Assembly: GCA_965202585.1 (NCBI GenBank)
Contig: OZ241827.1
Coordinates: 49,042,001 to 49,106,000 of the forward strand
Direction: 5' to 3'
Source of the DNA: Thalia democratica
Taxonomy: Eukaryota
DNA: 64,000 nt
Below are positions 11,871 through 24,332 of this stretch, piece by piece. A program made the position numbers and the translations under genes. The first letter of the stretch is position 1, and every line of letters starts with the position of its first letter. Below the pieces are notes generated by a model, which saw only the letters and a program-made list of their open reading frames with translations, did not search any database and was not told where the DNA came from.

Positions 11871-12439
11871 AATTTGTTGTTTCTACTTAGAAGTTAAAAA
11901 TCCAACCTAAATGTAAATAACACATAAGTATTACTTATTTTAAAAAAATTAGTTAAAGAGTAAATTTTAACTGAAATACCATAAAAAAAGTTATGAAGCT
12001 ACAGATCGTATATCAAATCTTATCAAAATAATTAAAATTGTAATGAACTTTTACAATAAATCATTTATTAAAAATTTCAAGATATATTTGGGTGATCTTC
12101 TTTTAAATTTTAATTTCCTTTTGATTATAATATATTTTGTATGAAATTAATTGTTTATGTAATTTAGTATTAAAAAAGTTAAGATGTCACTCGGAAAAAA
12201 TATTAGTTAAACGTATACAATATCTTAAAAGTATATTTAAATGATATTAAATGTGTAGTCTGATGATGTAAAAGATGACGATATAGCCTTCTTTTAAGTT
12301 ATTTTAAAAGGTCATTGGGTAAAACATGGGCTTGTTTTTAACCAGTTGTTTTTTTTTTTCATTTTGATAACAAGATGCTAAGCTTTCTGTTGAATGAAAT
12401 TTTGTTAACACTTAAACAGAATGTTTTTTATACTTACAT

Positions 12440-12945
12440 TTACAGACAAAAAAAGCGCTTAAAATGTTTGGTCCTAGGATCTGGTGTACGAAAAAATCTT
12501 TTGGTTGTCGAGTCGCACACCACATGGAAACAGTTTAACGTCATGTCAAGGACAACTTATTAGAAGCTAACATTTAAAATAACTATCCAAAGTATGTATT
12601 TAAGCGTTTGTTGACATAAGATCCTAGCGAAACAAGTTCACTGGATTCTATAATTATAACAACAATTTATACAGTATCCTTCTTTTACTACACTAACACA
12701 CAGAAACATGTGTTACTGAAATAAAAGAAAGATACTGTATGATTTGTTGTTATTAATATTTAAAATAGCTATCTAACCCTATAAGATGCGTTTTTATTGT
12801 CAACTTTATCTCTAACCTGGTTGTCCTGGATAAAAAGTTAAAAGGTATCCAAGTGGTGTACGACTCAATAACCGAAAACTTTTTCGTACACCAGGGTCTA
12901 GGCAGAATCATTTTGAGCGCTATTTTTTGTTGTTCAATAAACAAT
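12440..12945. mobile_element. Foldback family A element with long inverted arms and a central palindrome
   Basis: 12445-12560 is the reverse complement of 12818-12930; central inverted repeat tacagtatccttcttt...aaagaaagatactgta; central part also at 26335-26570. Confidence 0.8.
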
Positions 12946-13667
12946 ACTGTTTATGCTAACCAAGCAGATCAGCCTAATGTTAAAAGTAGATCGAATCAAA
13001 ACTACTTTGTTAAGAAAAGATCATTTTTGAAATATACAATAAGGTTAGCTTTCTACTTTAAATTATTTATACTTTTTTAATTATTTTATAGAGTTAGCAT
13101 GATTTTTATATAAAAATTAAACTATTTAAATAAATAAATAGGTATGCGTTTTAAAAATAAAGTTACCAAAAAAAAATACAGTTTTCTATGTTAAAATTTT
13201 AAAATTACTTGTTTAGTTTATAAAGTAACTATATTTACCATTGTAAAACCTCTGATTAAATCTTAAGTTTAAGTAAATGTATCAAGAGCTGAAAAGTTCT
13301 TTATTCTAGAAATTTAAGACTAATTGCAACCACTAAATTGCGTTTAGGTAGGGAGTTGTTACATTCATTTTGGTTTTGGAACTATAAAATATTATAATGA
13401 TCACATTAACAACGAATTTAATAATGTACAAAGAACTTAAATAAAAATATCCAAAGGTAAGCCGAACACAGTTTAAAATATATCTGATTTCTAAAGAATA
13501 TAAAAATAAAATTGATTCAGTGTTGTTAACATTTCATAGTATCAATATCATTCTAGCTTTAGACGACACCAACTCAATATTTTTAATCTAGAAAATATTA
13601 AACTGATAAATACTTTTTGGCAACTGTCGTAAACATTTAGTATGTAGTGTAAATTGCTTGGGAACAA

Positions 13668-14222
13668 GTCAAATATGCACGAAGACGCTTTTGCACACAG
13701 GGTCACTTTTGCACGAAGGGTCATTTTTGCACGAGAGTAAAAAAAAAAATATATAAAAACAATAAAAGAAACTAAAAAATAAATTGATGAAAAAGTAAAA
13801 ACGAAAAAAATAAGTTACCGACCGAGGGTAATGGTTAGGGGTAACAGTGATAGTAAAAAGAAACATTACTAATAAAAATTGTTGAAAAAAAAAAAATTAA
13901 TTTAAAAAAAAAATAACCGACCAAGGGAAAGGGGTAACAGTGATAGTAAGAATAAAAAACAAATAATAGCTAATTAAATCATTGCTAAAAATAAAAAAAA
14001 CAATTAGTTTTTAAAGAAAAAAAAAGTGACCGACCGAGAGTAAGGGTTAGGGGTAACAGTGATAGAAAAATCAAAAAAAGTATAAATCATAAAAATTAAT
14101 AACTAAGTAACACAAATTTAAACTTTTTTTTAACTCATGCAAATGTGTCTCGTGCATAAGTAACCAACCTTCGTGCAAAAGTGACCCATCGTGCAAAAGT
14201 GTCCCTTCAAGCATGTTTGACT
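13668..14222. mobile_element. Foldback MITE with subterminal ttttgcacga repeats and internal tandem repeats
   Basis: Left gtcacttttgcacga repeats mirrored by right tcgtgcaaaagtgac repeats; three internal copies of gaccgagggtaatggttaggggtaacagtgatag. Confidence 0.8.
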
Positions 14223-14376
14223 CCTACCAAAATTTCTTATATCTTATACATTTCCTTATAATCTAATACTATCAAGTTTTGTTTTGTGCCTATAATTTTT
14301 AAAGTACAAATTGTTAAGTTTACAAAGTTCTTTATAATGTATATTTTGGTTAAAATTGTGTTTTTCTTCTTAAACT

Positions 14377-14741
14377 CAGGGTTGCCACTCGTTTTTACAA
14401 AGATTTTTCCAGGTTTTCAACTTTCTTGCAGGTTTTTAAAAGTACACATTTTTGGGTCTATTTTTAGTTTAAAGTTAAGTTTAAGGTAAGAAACTGGTTA
14501 ATAATATTAAAAAAATTGAAAAGATACTGTAAAGCTACTTTAAATATGATTTTTACTAATTTACTTTATTTATATGATAAATTTTTAGAGTAAAATCAAA
14601 ATTGTTAAAATTTTAGGTTTTCTTATTGATTTTTGTTCAAATTTCCAGGTTTTTTTCAAAACTTCTCAAATTCCAGGTTTTTTTTTCCTGAATTGTCAAA
14701 TTCTAGGTTTTTCTAGGTTTCCAGGCAAAGTGGCAACCCTG
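14377..14741. mobile_element. MITE family B (CAGGGTTGCCAC TIR, hAT-like)
   Basis: TIRs cagggttgccac / gtggcaaccctg; taaact duplicated on both flanks; close to the copy at 38599-39000. Confidence 0.85.
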
Positions 14742-17700
14742 TAAACTTCCGGATGGGTATTTAAAAAAGTAATTACAAAAATTACTATCTAAATATTATA
14801 TTACTTAAAATCAGCTTGAACGACAAGTAAAAAATTAATTGTTTTATATTATTTATAAGTACAGTTTTGTTCTAAAGCGGTCTACAGCATGAAGATGAAA
14901 ATCTCAAGAGCAGCAAACATTTAGAATCTTTAAACGATTTTATAATATTCCCTGAAAATCTTATAAAATGTCTTTATGTAAACTAAGACAAAAGTTTAAA
15001 AAATTTATATTTTCTCAAATCTTTTTTTTTTCAAACCGCAAGACGTTTTTAAAATTCAATCAAGGCATAATGTTTTTTTTTTTTAATTTAACTTTTTTGT
15101 CTCTCTTAAATGCTAACTTTTCATTAGAGTTATAAGAATACTTAAAATATGCTGTTTTACTTACTTATTTAAAACTATCAAGTATTTTCAAAAAGTACTA
15201 ATTACTATTAAAGTATTGGGTAATTTTAGAAAACCTTTTTAAAATATGTTGGTCAATTTACCTTTAAGACATATAATAAATTCTAAAGTTACAGTTTATT
15301 TTTAAAAGTATAAACTTAACTTATAAGTCAAAAAATTATTAAAAAAAAATTTCAGGTGATCTTAATATATATTTTTACATAAATTAGTAACAGATATAAA
15401 AATATCGTCGTAACCAAACTTTACAATATGTACAGCAAACCAGGATTGAAAATCTTTTTTAAGTTATTTCCACTACAGACTATATCTGAAATTTGCAATA
15501 TCTAAATTGAAACATACTTTATTCAAAAAACAGAACAGATATCATAGTTGTAAAAATTAGCAAATTATAGCAATTTGAATAAATATTCAGTTCCACTTTT
15601 CAAACAGGTTGCGAAAATAATTATATGTTTCGTCGTCAGAACTATACTGTAATAAAATACAATACATGTAAAATAAAAACATGGAAAGGCTTAAATTTCT
15701 TATCAAAAACTAAAGTATTTTCTGCGTTCTAACCAATTGTTCGTGTTCAACGATTACGTTAGCAGCCCTTAATAAAACTTATGAATAAGATTGAAGAAAA
15801 TATATAATCATTAACAAGTTTTAAACTTTATTTTTAGCAAAATAAAATGTTTATTGATCTTAATAAGCATAAAGACAGTTTTAATAAATTAAAGTTATTT
15901 ATTAAAAATGTACAAAACCGTTTTTTTGAATAGTTTCTTTAATAAAAAACAAAATCAAATTTTAACTCTGTACATAAAAAATATTTCGTTTTCTATTTGG
16001 TTGCTAAACTATAAAATATACATGAAAGAGAAGACTTTATGTTTTATATAAAACCCTATTTTTATAGAAAAAATACTTTATATAAATTTAAACTTTATAG
16101 AAAACGTAATAAAGGATACCATGATTATGAGTTTAACATGATTTTTTTTGTATTTAATAATAGTAAGCATAACAAGATTTATTACTGAATAAGTTGTTTC
16201 TATACAAATCTTTTGTTGATTTTTGAATTGCATTTTTATTTTATAAATATCTTTACTAGTTAACAATTAGCTTCAAAACAGCTCTGAGTACATTAGGACA
16301 TATTAATTAGAGCGACTTTTAGTAGCACTTCTATCTTAGCTAGTCTGTTATTTTTTTGAAATAAAATAACATTTCGAAGCAATACTAGGATTTTGAACTA
16401 AATTACTAAGTATGTATTAAGGTTATTTCAATTTAATAATAAACGCAACTTAATATTCCGTTCAGCGGTGAGACTTAGTACTGTCTGTATTTGTAATAAA
16501 TGTTTTTCAATTCATTAGGGTAATTTAACAATTTTTTTAATCTTACAGAAATTGTTTTTTTTTATCCACAATTTTTTAATCGGTGTTATGCTACTGCATT
16601 AAAGCTAGTGGGTGTAATTTAAAACATTTATTCATACTTCTGTTATTTCTAACTTAATTTACAATGAAATGTTTACAAAACTTAAGAATACTTTGTTTAT
16701 TTTGATAAAATTGTACCTTTTTTTTTAAACACCTCTAGTTAAAGGTTGCAGATAAACTTTATAAGCTAGAATTTAAGATTAATAAAGAGTTTAAACTTAT
16801 TTGTAGTTGAAAACTTTAATAATGTTTATACTTTCAAAAATAACATTTAAATTAGGTTTGTTTGCAAGTAATTTTTATTGATATAAGACTTTTCAAAGTT
16901 AGCTAAGGTTAAGTTTTTTTATTTAGTTGTATTACAGTAACTTACAAGCAATAAAGTACAACTTAACAATTAGAAATATGTAATTAACAGATCTAAAACA
17001 AACTCTAATTTTCCTTTACAGTTATATAATTTTTTTTTTTGTTCGCGTTCAAAGCTTTAATTTATTTCAAATATGTAACAGTTCATAGAACTTAAAACTT
17101 AAATTTACTAAAACCTAGCATTTAGACAGGTATAAAAAATGGCGTTAAAGAAAAGGTAATATCATTAGGGTCATTCGAAAACAGCGTAAAAAAAACTGGT
17201 ATAAACTATTAGGATTTAACTAAAAGATCCAATAGTTAAGAACGCTACGTTTAGCAACACTTTAAACTGTGTCAATGAAAACTACATAAACTATTTCGTA
17301 AAAAATTGTATAAAGTATTTCATTCTAATTTATTTAAAGACGTTTTAACTTATTAAGAGAAACATATAAAAATCAAAAATTATTATTTTTATCATAAAAA
17401 ACATAATATTGATATTGAGAAGCTAATGCAATATAATGACAAATTAGGTTTCAATATTAAAAATTAGATTTAAGAATTAAAGCTTATTAAAATTATCTAG
17501 AAAAAACGTGATTACTTTTTCTACTTTTTAAACTTGGCACGTGAATTATATTATACTTTATTGAGATTATGCAAATAAAAAAGTGTTTTTGTATAACTTG
17601 TATGGTATGCTTAGTTGTTTTATGACAATTTTTTCAAGAATGTGTCAGCATTGTAAAACTTTATTCTTTTTACGGTTTAAAAAAACTGATATGTCTGAAG

Positions 17701-18910
17701 CATTAAATAAAAAGATGAGCACTATAGAAACTATTCCTGTTTAGTTAAAATATTATCAATAAGAAATAATTTGCAAATAATATTAGTAAGAAAAATTTAA
17801 AAAGAGAATATTAATTAAAGTTGTGTTAGAAAAATTTATGTGAAATAAATCTTAATTTTCAATACAACTTCTTTGTATAAAAACTTATAAAAAGATAGAT
17901 AAATTTTTCAGAGTAACAGCTTTGATTGACTTCTTGAAAACTAAAATACTAATAATGTGTTACTTTTTAAAGACATATATTTCTTATTTTACTTAAATAC
18001 GTACTTTTTTACATATTACATCATACACTAACAACATTTTATCGCAAAACAACGACACGAGTTAAGTTCGTAAATAATAATCAGTATTAAACCAACAAAT
18101 ATTTTCTTAAAATATGTGCGCATATAAGACAGGCGCTTAAAATTTTCAGGAATTAAACTTTTACAATAAGAAATAAATACTTAAATCTTTTATAAATAAG
18201 AAATTTAAAAAAAAAATACAATAATTGTTTGACTCAATTGTTTTACAAAAACTAATTATAAACACTGCAATTTTGGCTTTTTTTTTTAGAACATACAGCT
18301 CTCTTTTTTAAAGTTACAAAATAAATATTATCTATTTTACTTTCATAAAGTATTGATGTTTTTTAATTGTATATTCTAAAAATTTAAGACGCACAATACT
18401 GAAATATAAACATCTGATTCTGAAATATAAAAACCAGTTTTTTCTGAAAGTGTGCACATGTACACGGAAATAATTTTGCACTGAACATTAAATTTTAAGA
18501 TTTCTAAAATAGGTATGTTTTATGCTGAAGTATTAGCAGTTGTTTTATGAAAGTTTTTAACAAGACTAACTTTTCAGAATTTTTGACTAATGATATTCAA
18601 AAAAATCATGTTTAGAGCGCAAAAATAAATAAACAAAAGAAATATTTTTTAAAGATACCTGCCTAAAAATGTCTGACTTAGCAGATCAATTTAGGATCAT
18701 TAATAAATATATAAGTTATTTAAAGTAGTTGGAGCTAAAATAAAAAGAAAATACGAGTATTAAAAAGCTTAATTTTCGATATGTTTATTAAAAATTTCAA
18801 CTTATTTATTTTTTAGATTCTGTATAAAAAAATACTAAAGAAAAGATTTATCTTATTTACATTTTTATTTAAACTTTAATGTATTTTAAAACATACTATT
18901 AGCTCTAAAG

Positions 18911-19138
18911 CAGGGTTTCCAAAAGTAGGCATTACAGAAATTTAGAGGTCATAAGCAACAAAGGGGGGCCATGAGATCATACTTTGAAACTTACACTAGA
19001 TGTTCTGGATTTGATGATGAAGAGCAAAAAAAAGTTCTTAAGCGTTTTAAATGATATTTGTTAAGAAATATTGTCTGAGGGGCCATAGTTTTTTGATTTC
19101 TTAAAAGGGGGCCTCTGAATCAAGTTTGGGAAACCCTG
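18911..19138. mobile_element. hAT (Charlie-like) MITE, family C
   Basis: TIRs cagggtttccaaaagt / agtttgggaaaccctg; perfect 8-bp TSD ctctaaag. Confidence 0.92.
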
Positions 19139-21558
19139 CTCTAAAGTATAAACTTATTATTTTTACTAAACTGTATTATAGTTATTTGCCTTAACTAAAA
19201 AAGAATGCTCAATTTACTGGGATGTAAAGAGCTTGTTTAAATAGATTTATGCAATACTAAACTGTATTAGAATTAATTTTCATTTCTGAATTTTTTTTTA
19301 TCAATATTACAAATGTAAATGTAACAAATTAAATTTATGACTTTAGTTATTAGCATTTTACTATTAGTTTTTAATTAATGACAGTAAAGTTTATGTTTAT
19401 TAAAAATTTGTTTTACACAACGATAAAAAAACAAAATAAACATTGTTGTAATTAAATTTTAATACTAGTAATGAGTTTAGTCCAAGAAAACTTTGTAGCA
19501 AAAGTACTAATATAAAACATTTTTTTAATTTATAAAGAATTTGTAATATCATTATAAGATTTTTTTACGCTAACATTTACACAACGTAAATAATCTTTTC
19601 AAAGGATCAAAAAAAAAAAAGTTTTACTCTTAAAAAATGGTATTAAAATATCTCGTTAAAATTAATGTCTAAGCATTTTTTTAAATCAAATTAATGCTTT
19701 ACTTGCAAATAAAACCTCTTCTTAAGAACAGTGTGTCTAGCTTTGGTTTTAAATAAAACCAGCTTGAATTACATTTAGAATATTTACATACTATTTAAAA
19801 TAACTTTTGTCTAGATAAAACATTCGGCTGTATTATTTAAAAAAATCTTAGTATTTGAGTTAATTTCATTAAAATACTCTATCACCAGAAATATGCTCAT
19901 TTTAAATCATGCAAATTATTTAGAACAAAAAAAAATTAATCCTTAAATTAGTAATTTATCATCGATTTAAATAATAAAAATTATGGCTATTGAGATTTAA
20001 CAGGTTTATAAATGTTGAAAAAGAGCCTGAGCTTATTACAGAAGTAAAACTAGCATTATGATTTAAATTATAAGAGAAACTTTGATATTCTTTTAACTTA
20101 AAAGTAGTTAAAAACATAACAAAAAATTTCTATGTTTTTCCTTACAGTTGTTAGATGTATTAGTTGACTTCTTTAAAAATATTTTTAAACAAAAATTTAT
20201 CGCTTAACTATAGTCGACGTTGTAAAAATACTTTATTGATGCGAAACACAAAATCGTTAAAATTCAGAAATTAAGTACTTCACTTCCATTTAAACCTAAA
20301 ATTACCTAAATAATCTTGTCATTTTATTGTATTTCTATCTTTTAACTGATTTTAGAACTGCTTTTACAATTAACTATATGAGAGGAAAAGCTTTTGAAAT
20401 TATTTATACATATAATTTTCACATCATACTGCTAAATGATGGAAAACCTCTATAACTTAGTCTTTAACAAACTAAGTCTTAATCATCACTAAATTAATAC
20501 ACAAAAAAAATTCACTTTTACTTGTAAATAAGATAAGATATAAATATTTTTTTGTTAATCCAAAACTAAAATACGGATATACTTTTAATTTATTCCATTT
20601 AATTTGCAAAAACTACTATACTTTTAAATTATTAACCGTTATATGTAAAAAACTTGCTAAATGTTAGCCTTTTGATAATTTCATTTCTGTCATGTAATTT
20701 TTTTTATCTATATCATTTAAAACTGAGTCATTTTTAAATTTCTAGTCTTTAACTTATTACTAATTATTAACACTATTTTTACCATAACGATAATTTTAAT
20801 CAACTTATCACTTTTTGACAAAATAGATGTGTATAAAATAATAAAATGTACTTGAAAAGATTTTTTTAAAGTTTTTAAAAGCCAATGAAACACGGTTTTG
20901 TAAAAACTCCAACAATTTTAAATTAAGTTCAATTTAACTTTTATATCATGTTTTTAAAAGACTTCATGCATAAAAAAAAAACTTTTCGACTTACTTCCTT
21001 ATGGCAATAGAAGAAAGCTAAGCTTTTTTCTACGATTAATTAGTAAAAACATATGCAAAAAATTCACTTACCTTGCAGAACTTTTAATAATTATTAAGCA
21101 AACAAGTCATTATTTTGTTTAACTATTCAGTTATTTATACAAATTTTAATTGAAATAGAAGCTAATGAGTTGTCTAAAGTCATTTACTAAACTTTAAGAA
21201 ACCATTATTTCGAATTATTTTTTTTTATAATTTTATGTTTTTGCAGATATAACGTTCAAACCATTGAAAAGTCTATTATGTCTATAGGACTTCTCGTTTT
21301 AGCTAAATTTTTTTATTTATTTTGAAAATTTTCTCCTGAAAATATTACGTTATATGTTTAAACTTTCTTGTGAGTTTTCTACAATATAAGGTAAGCTTAT
21401 TAATTCAGAACTTTAAATCAAAACTCTAAAAATAATATACATGAATTTTATATTTCTATAAAATCAATTTTATGATTTTAGCTTTTAAAAACAAACTAAA
21501 TACCACATATGAACTGTACTAAAAATATAACTTTTAATTTCATAGTTGTTTCTGAAAA

Positions 21559-22560
21559 CAAGGTTGCCACGCTAATTTTGGTAAAATAAAGCCTGACTTT
21601 TCAAGATTTTGACCGATTTAGTCTGACCTTTACCTTCTTATTAGGTACGCGTTTTAAGTACGCACTGCTAGTTAGATACGCATTCTGAGTACGCATATTT
21701 TGATAAGTACGTATTTTAAGTACACACATTTTGACAAGTACGCACTCCTTATTAAGTTAACATTTTTGAACCAAAATAAAAACTTTCTTCCAGGTTTCTT
21801 TTTTATTTAGACTAGTAATTATTAGCTATTAACTTTATATTGACAAATTTTTATTAATAAGACTTTTCTACGCTTACTTACTTAACAAACTTATTAATAA
21901 TTGTAATAAAGTAAACCATACATCTGTTTTACAAAATACTTCCTCCAATTATTTGTTAAGAAATCTTTAAAATACAAAACATAATTTGCTTATTTTTTAA
22001 GTTTAAATAACTCTGAAAAAACCATATAAAGAGGAAAACCATACACATAAAATTGTTACATAAAATACTAAACTAAGTGCTTAATTATAAAGATATTTTT
22101 AGCTTACTTAAACAAAAAAAAGTCATATTCTAAAATTTTGCAAAATATACTTTTGTATATTTATTAAAGTTTCATTATGGAAGTAAGTGTTTTTGCCACA
22201 GATCATCAACACTAAAAAGATTACATACAACAACTACTTATTCAAATATGGTAATAATTCAACATGTTTCTACAAAATTTTTGAAAATTTAGTCTGCCTT
22301 TATAGAGGATTTAAAGGTTTTACCATTTGAAGGCTTTAGAATTAATGTTTTTGTAAGTAAAATTCTAGGAAAATTTTGCAATTTTAGTCTGACTTTAAAA
22401 TACTTTTGTTAATTTTTTACCATTTTAAGGCTTTAAAAATTAAGGAATTTTTTAAACTAGAACTGACAAATTCTGACATTTTGCTATGTTGACCTAAAAA
22501 TACTGACTTTTAGCCATTTTAACCTAAAAAACTGACTTAGCCTGACCCGTGGCAACCCTG
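21559..22560. mobile_element. Longer family-B-like MITE containing an agtacgca repeat array
   Basis: Termini caaggttgccac / gtggcaaccctg; gaaaa on both flanks; agtacgca repeats at 21640-21760. Confidence 0.7.
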
Positions 22561-24176
22561 GAAAAGTTAGATTATAAGAGTACTTAGCGAAATTTTCTCA
22601 AAGTAGCTTGCTTTAAGTTTACATACAAAACATTTACTTATACCATTTCAAAAAAACTTAATTGTAATATTATTGAACTAAAATTTGTTCAAGTGAATTT
22701 AAGAAAAATATATAAGGCTAAACAATTCTAAAATTACATGAAAGAACATTTTTAGGGTTTTCAATCTGTTTGAATTAATTTGTAATCTATAGGGACAATT
22801 TAATTTAGATTTTACCAGCATTTAAGTTTCTAAATTGGATACATACAAAAAATACACTTACATCGATTCCACATTTGTAATTATTATTTTTTCGTTTATT
22901 AAATTTCAACATGTTTTGAAAATTGTTTCCCTTTATTTCTATACTTTATTCAATTCATGCGTAAAGTATGCACTTAAGAATAATATAAGCAACAGTAAAA
23001 AAATAATTTAAATGTATCGACTGTTACCGCCTATCATTTTAAACATTCTTATAAGCAAAATCATATAAGTTGAAAGTACTCTTTTGAACTTTATAAAAGC
23101 ATAAGACTTGTTAGTTTAATTAGATCTGAACTTCATATTTAGCTTTAATTAGTGATTATATAAAACTATTCAAATTTTAAAGTGCTCTAAACTAACGAGC
23201 AATAACATAATAATAGTAAGCTGTCTAAAGCCATTTTATTTTTCTAGTAGTTTCAAAACAAAATTTATCAATTTCATATCAAAAACTAGTTCCTTTTATA
23301 TAAACAATTCCAAAACAAACGTACTTAATACCGATTTTTTTTCTTCTATAAAAACCAATAAAAGATTTCAAAAAAATTAAAATTTTACCCCAAAAACTTT
23401 ATTTAGCAAATTTCTTTTTAAAATAATAGTTTGCAAACAATTTACTAGATACAAGGTACATTTAAGTGTTGATTACCAACTGTATAGTTGAACAAAAAGA
23501 ATTGCTTGTATGCATTTTTATTAGTAATAAACACAACGACTAGAAATTAAAACTGTGTGAGCATTTACTATATAAAAAATTAAAACATACAACATTATTT
23601 ATATTTACAAATTATATTCTATGTGTTTTTCGAAATAAATTAATAAACAAGATCAATTACTAATAACTATTATCAACTTTTAATAATTCTAATTTAATAT
23701 TATCAAAAGAGGAATAAAAAACTTTAGGAGACTAATAAATTTAATTTTTATCAAACATGATATAACCTGACACATGAAAAAACAACAAATAAGCCGGCTT
23801 TCTAGTAGTTCTATAATAGTTCACAAAACAACACGATACCTTATATAACTAAGAGCTAAAATTAACTTATAGCAGCCCCAGCAATTGAAATTCTTGGAGT
23901 CGACATAACTAATGTCAGCCAACAAAAACAAGAACAAAAAAGTTAGGTCCAATGTTCTTACTTATATTAAAAGTAAAATCTGTACAATGTAGTAAATACT
24001 AACATTAAAATGAAGTAACAACGTAAATTGCCAAATGTTTAATTAATTAAGCCTTTACATTTTAGGACATCTATTTTTTTACGAAATCTCTCGGTAAGGT
24101 CAGAAATAGTATGTTCATAGGTTTTTTTCCAAAATTTTCCGAGAGCAACATAGATATAGTAGACTAAATTTTGATT

Positions 24177-24332
24177 TTAATATCGTCTTTTCGGTTCTTT
24201 TTGGACATTTCGCAGGTTCGGATTAATTCTGTCGTAATTTTGTACCTGGTTTCTGTAATAATCAGCCGCGTTGATGGTATTGCTCATTTGCTGCTGCATC
24301 TGAAGTTGCCTCTGCGCTTGCTCGAGTCTCGA
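24177..24332 (-). CDS. DBHS terminal coding exon ([10 protein letters not shown]...QKEPKRRY*)
   Basis: Acceptor gtgcacag; phase 0 matches exon 31153-31226; ending resembles the DBHS C-terminal NLS (e.g. NONO PNKRRRY). Confidence 0.8.
   Translation of the reverse strand, partial: SRLEQAQRQLQMQQQMSNTINAADYYRNQVQNYDRINPNLRNVQKEPKRRY

Noticed and set aside
12255-12290. CTGATGA...gacGATA hammerhead-like motif
   Set aside because: GAAA core broken and no stem I
12375-13080. Short ORFs of 62-75 aa, and a similar one at 50018-50239
   Set aside because: Lie within family A repeats; no coding signature
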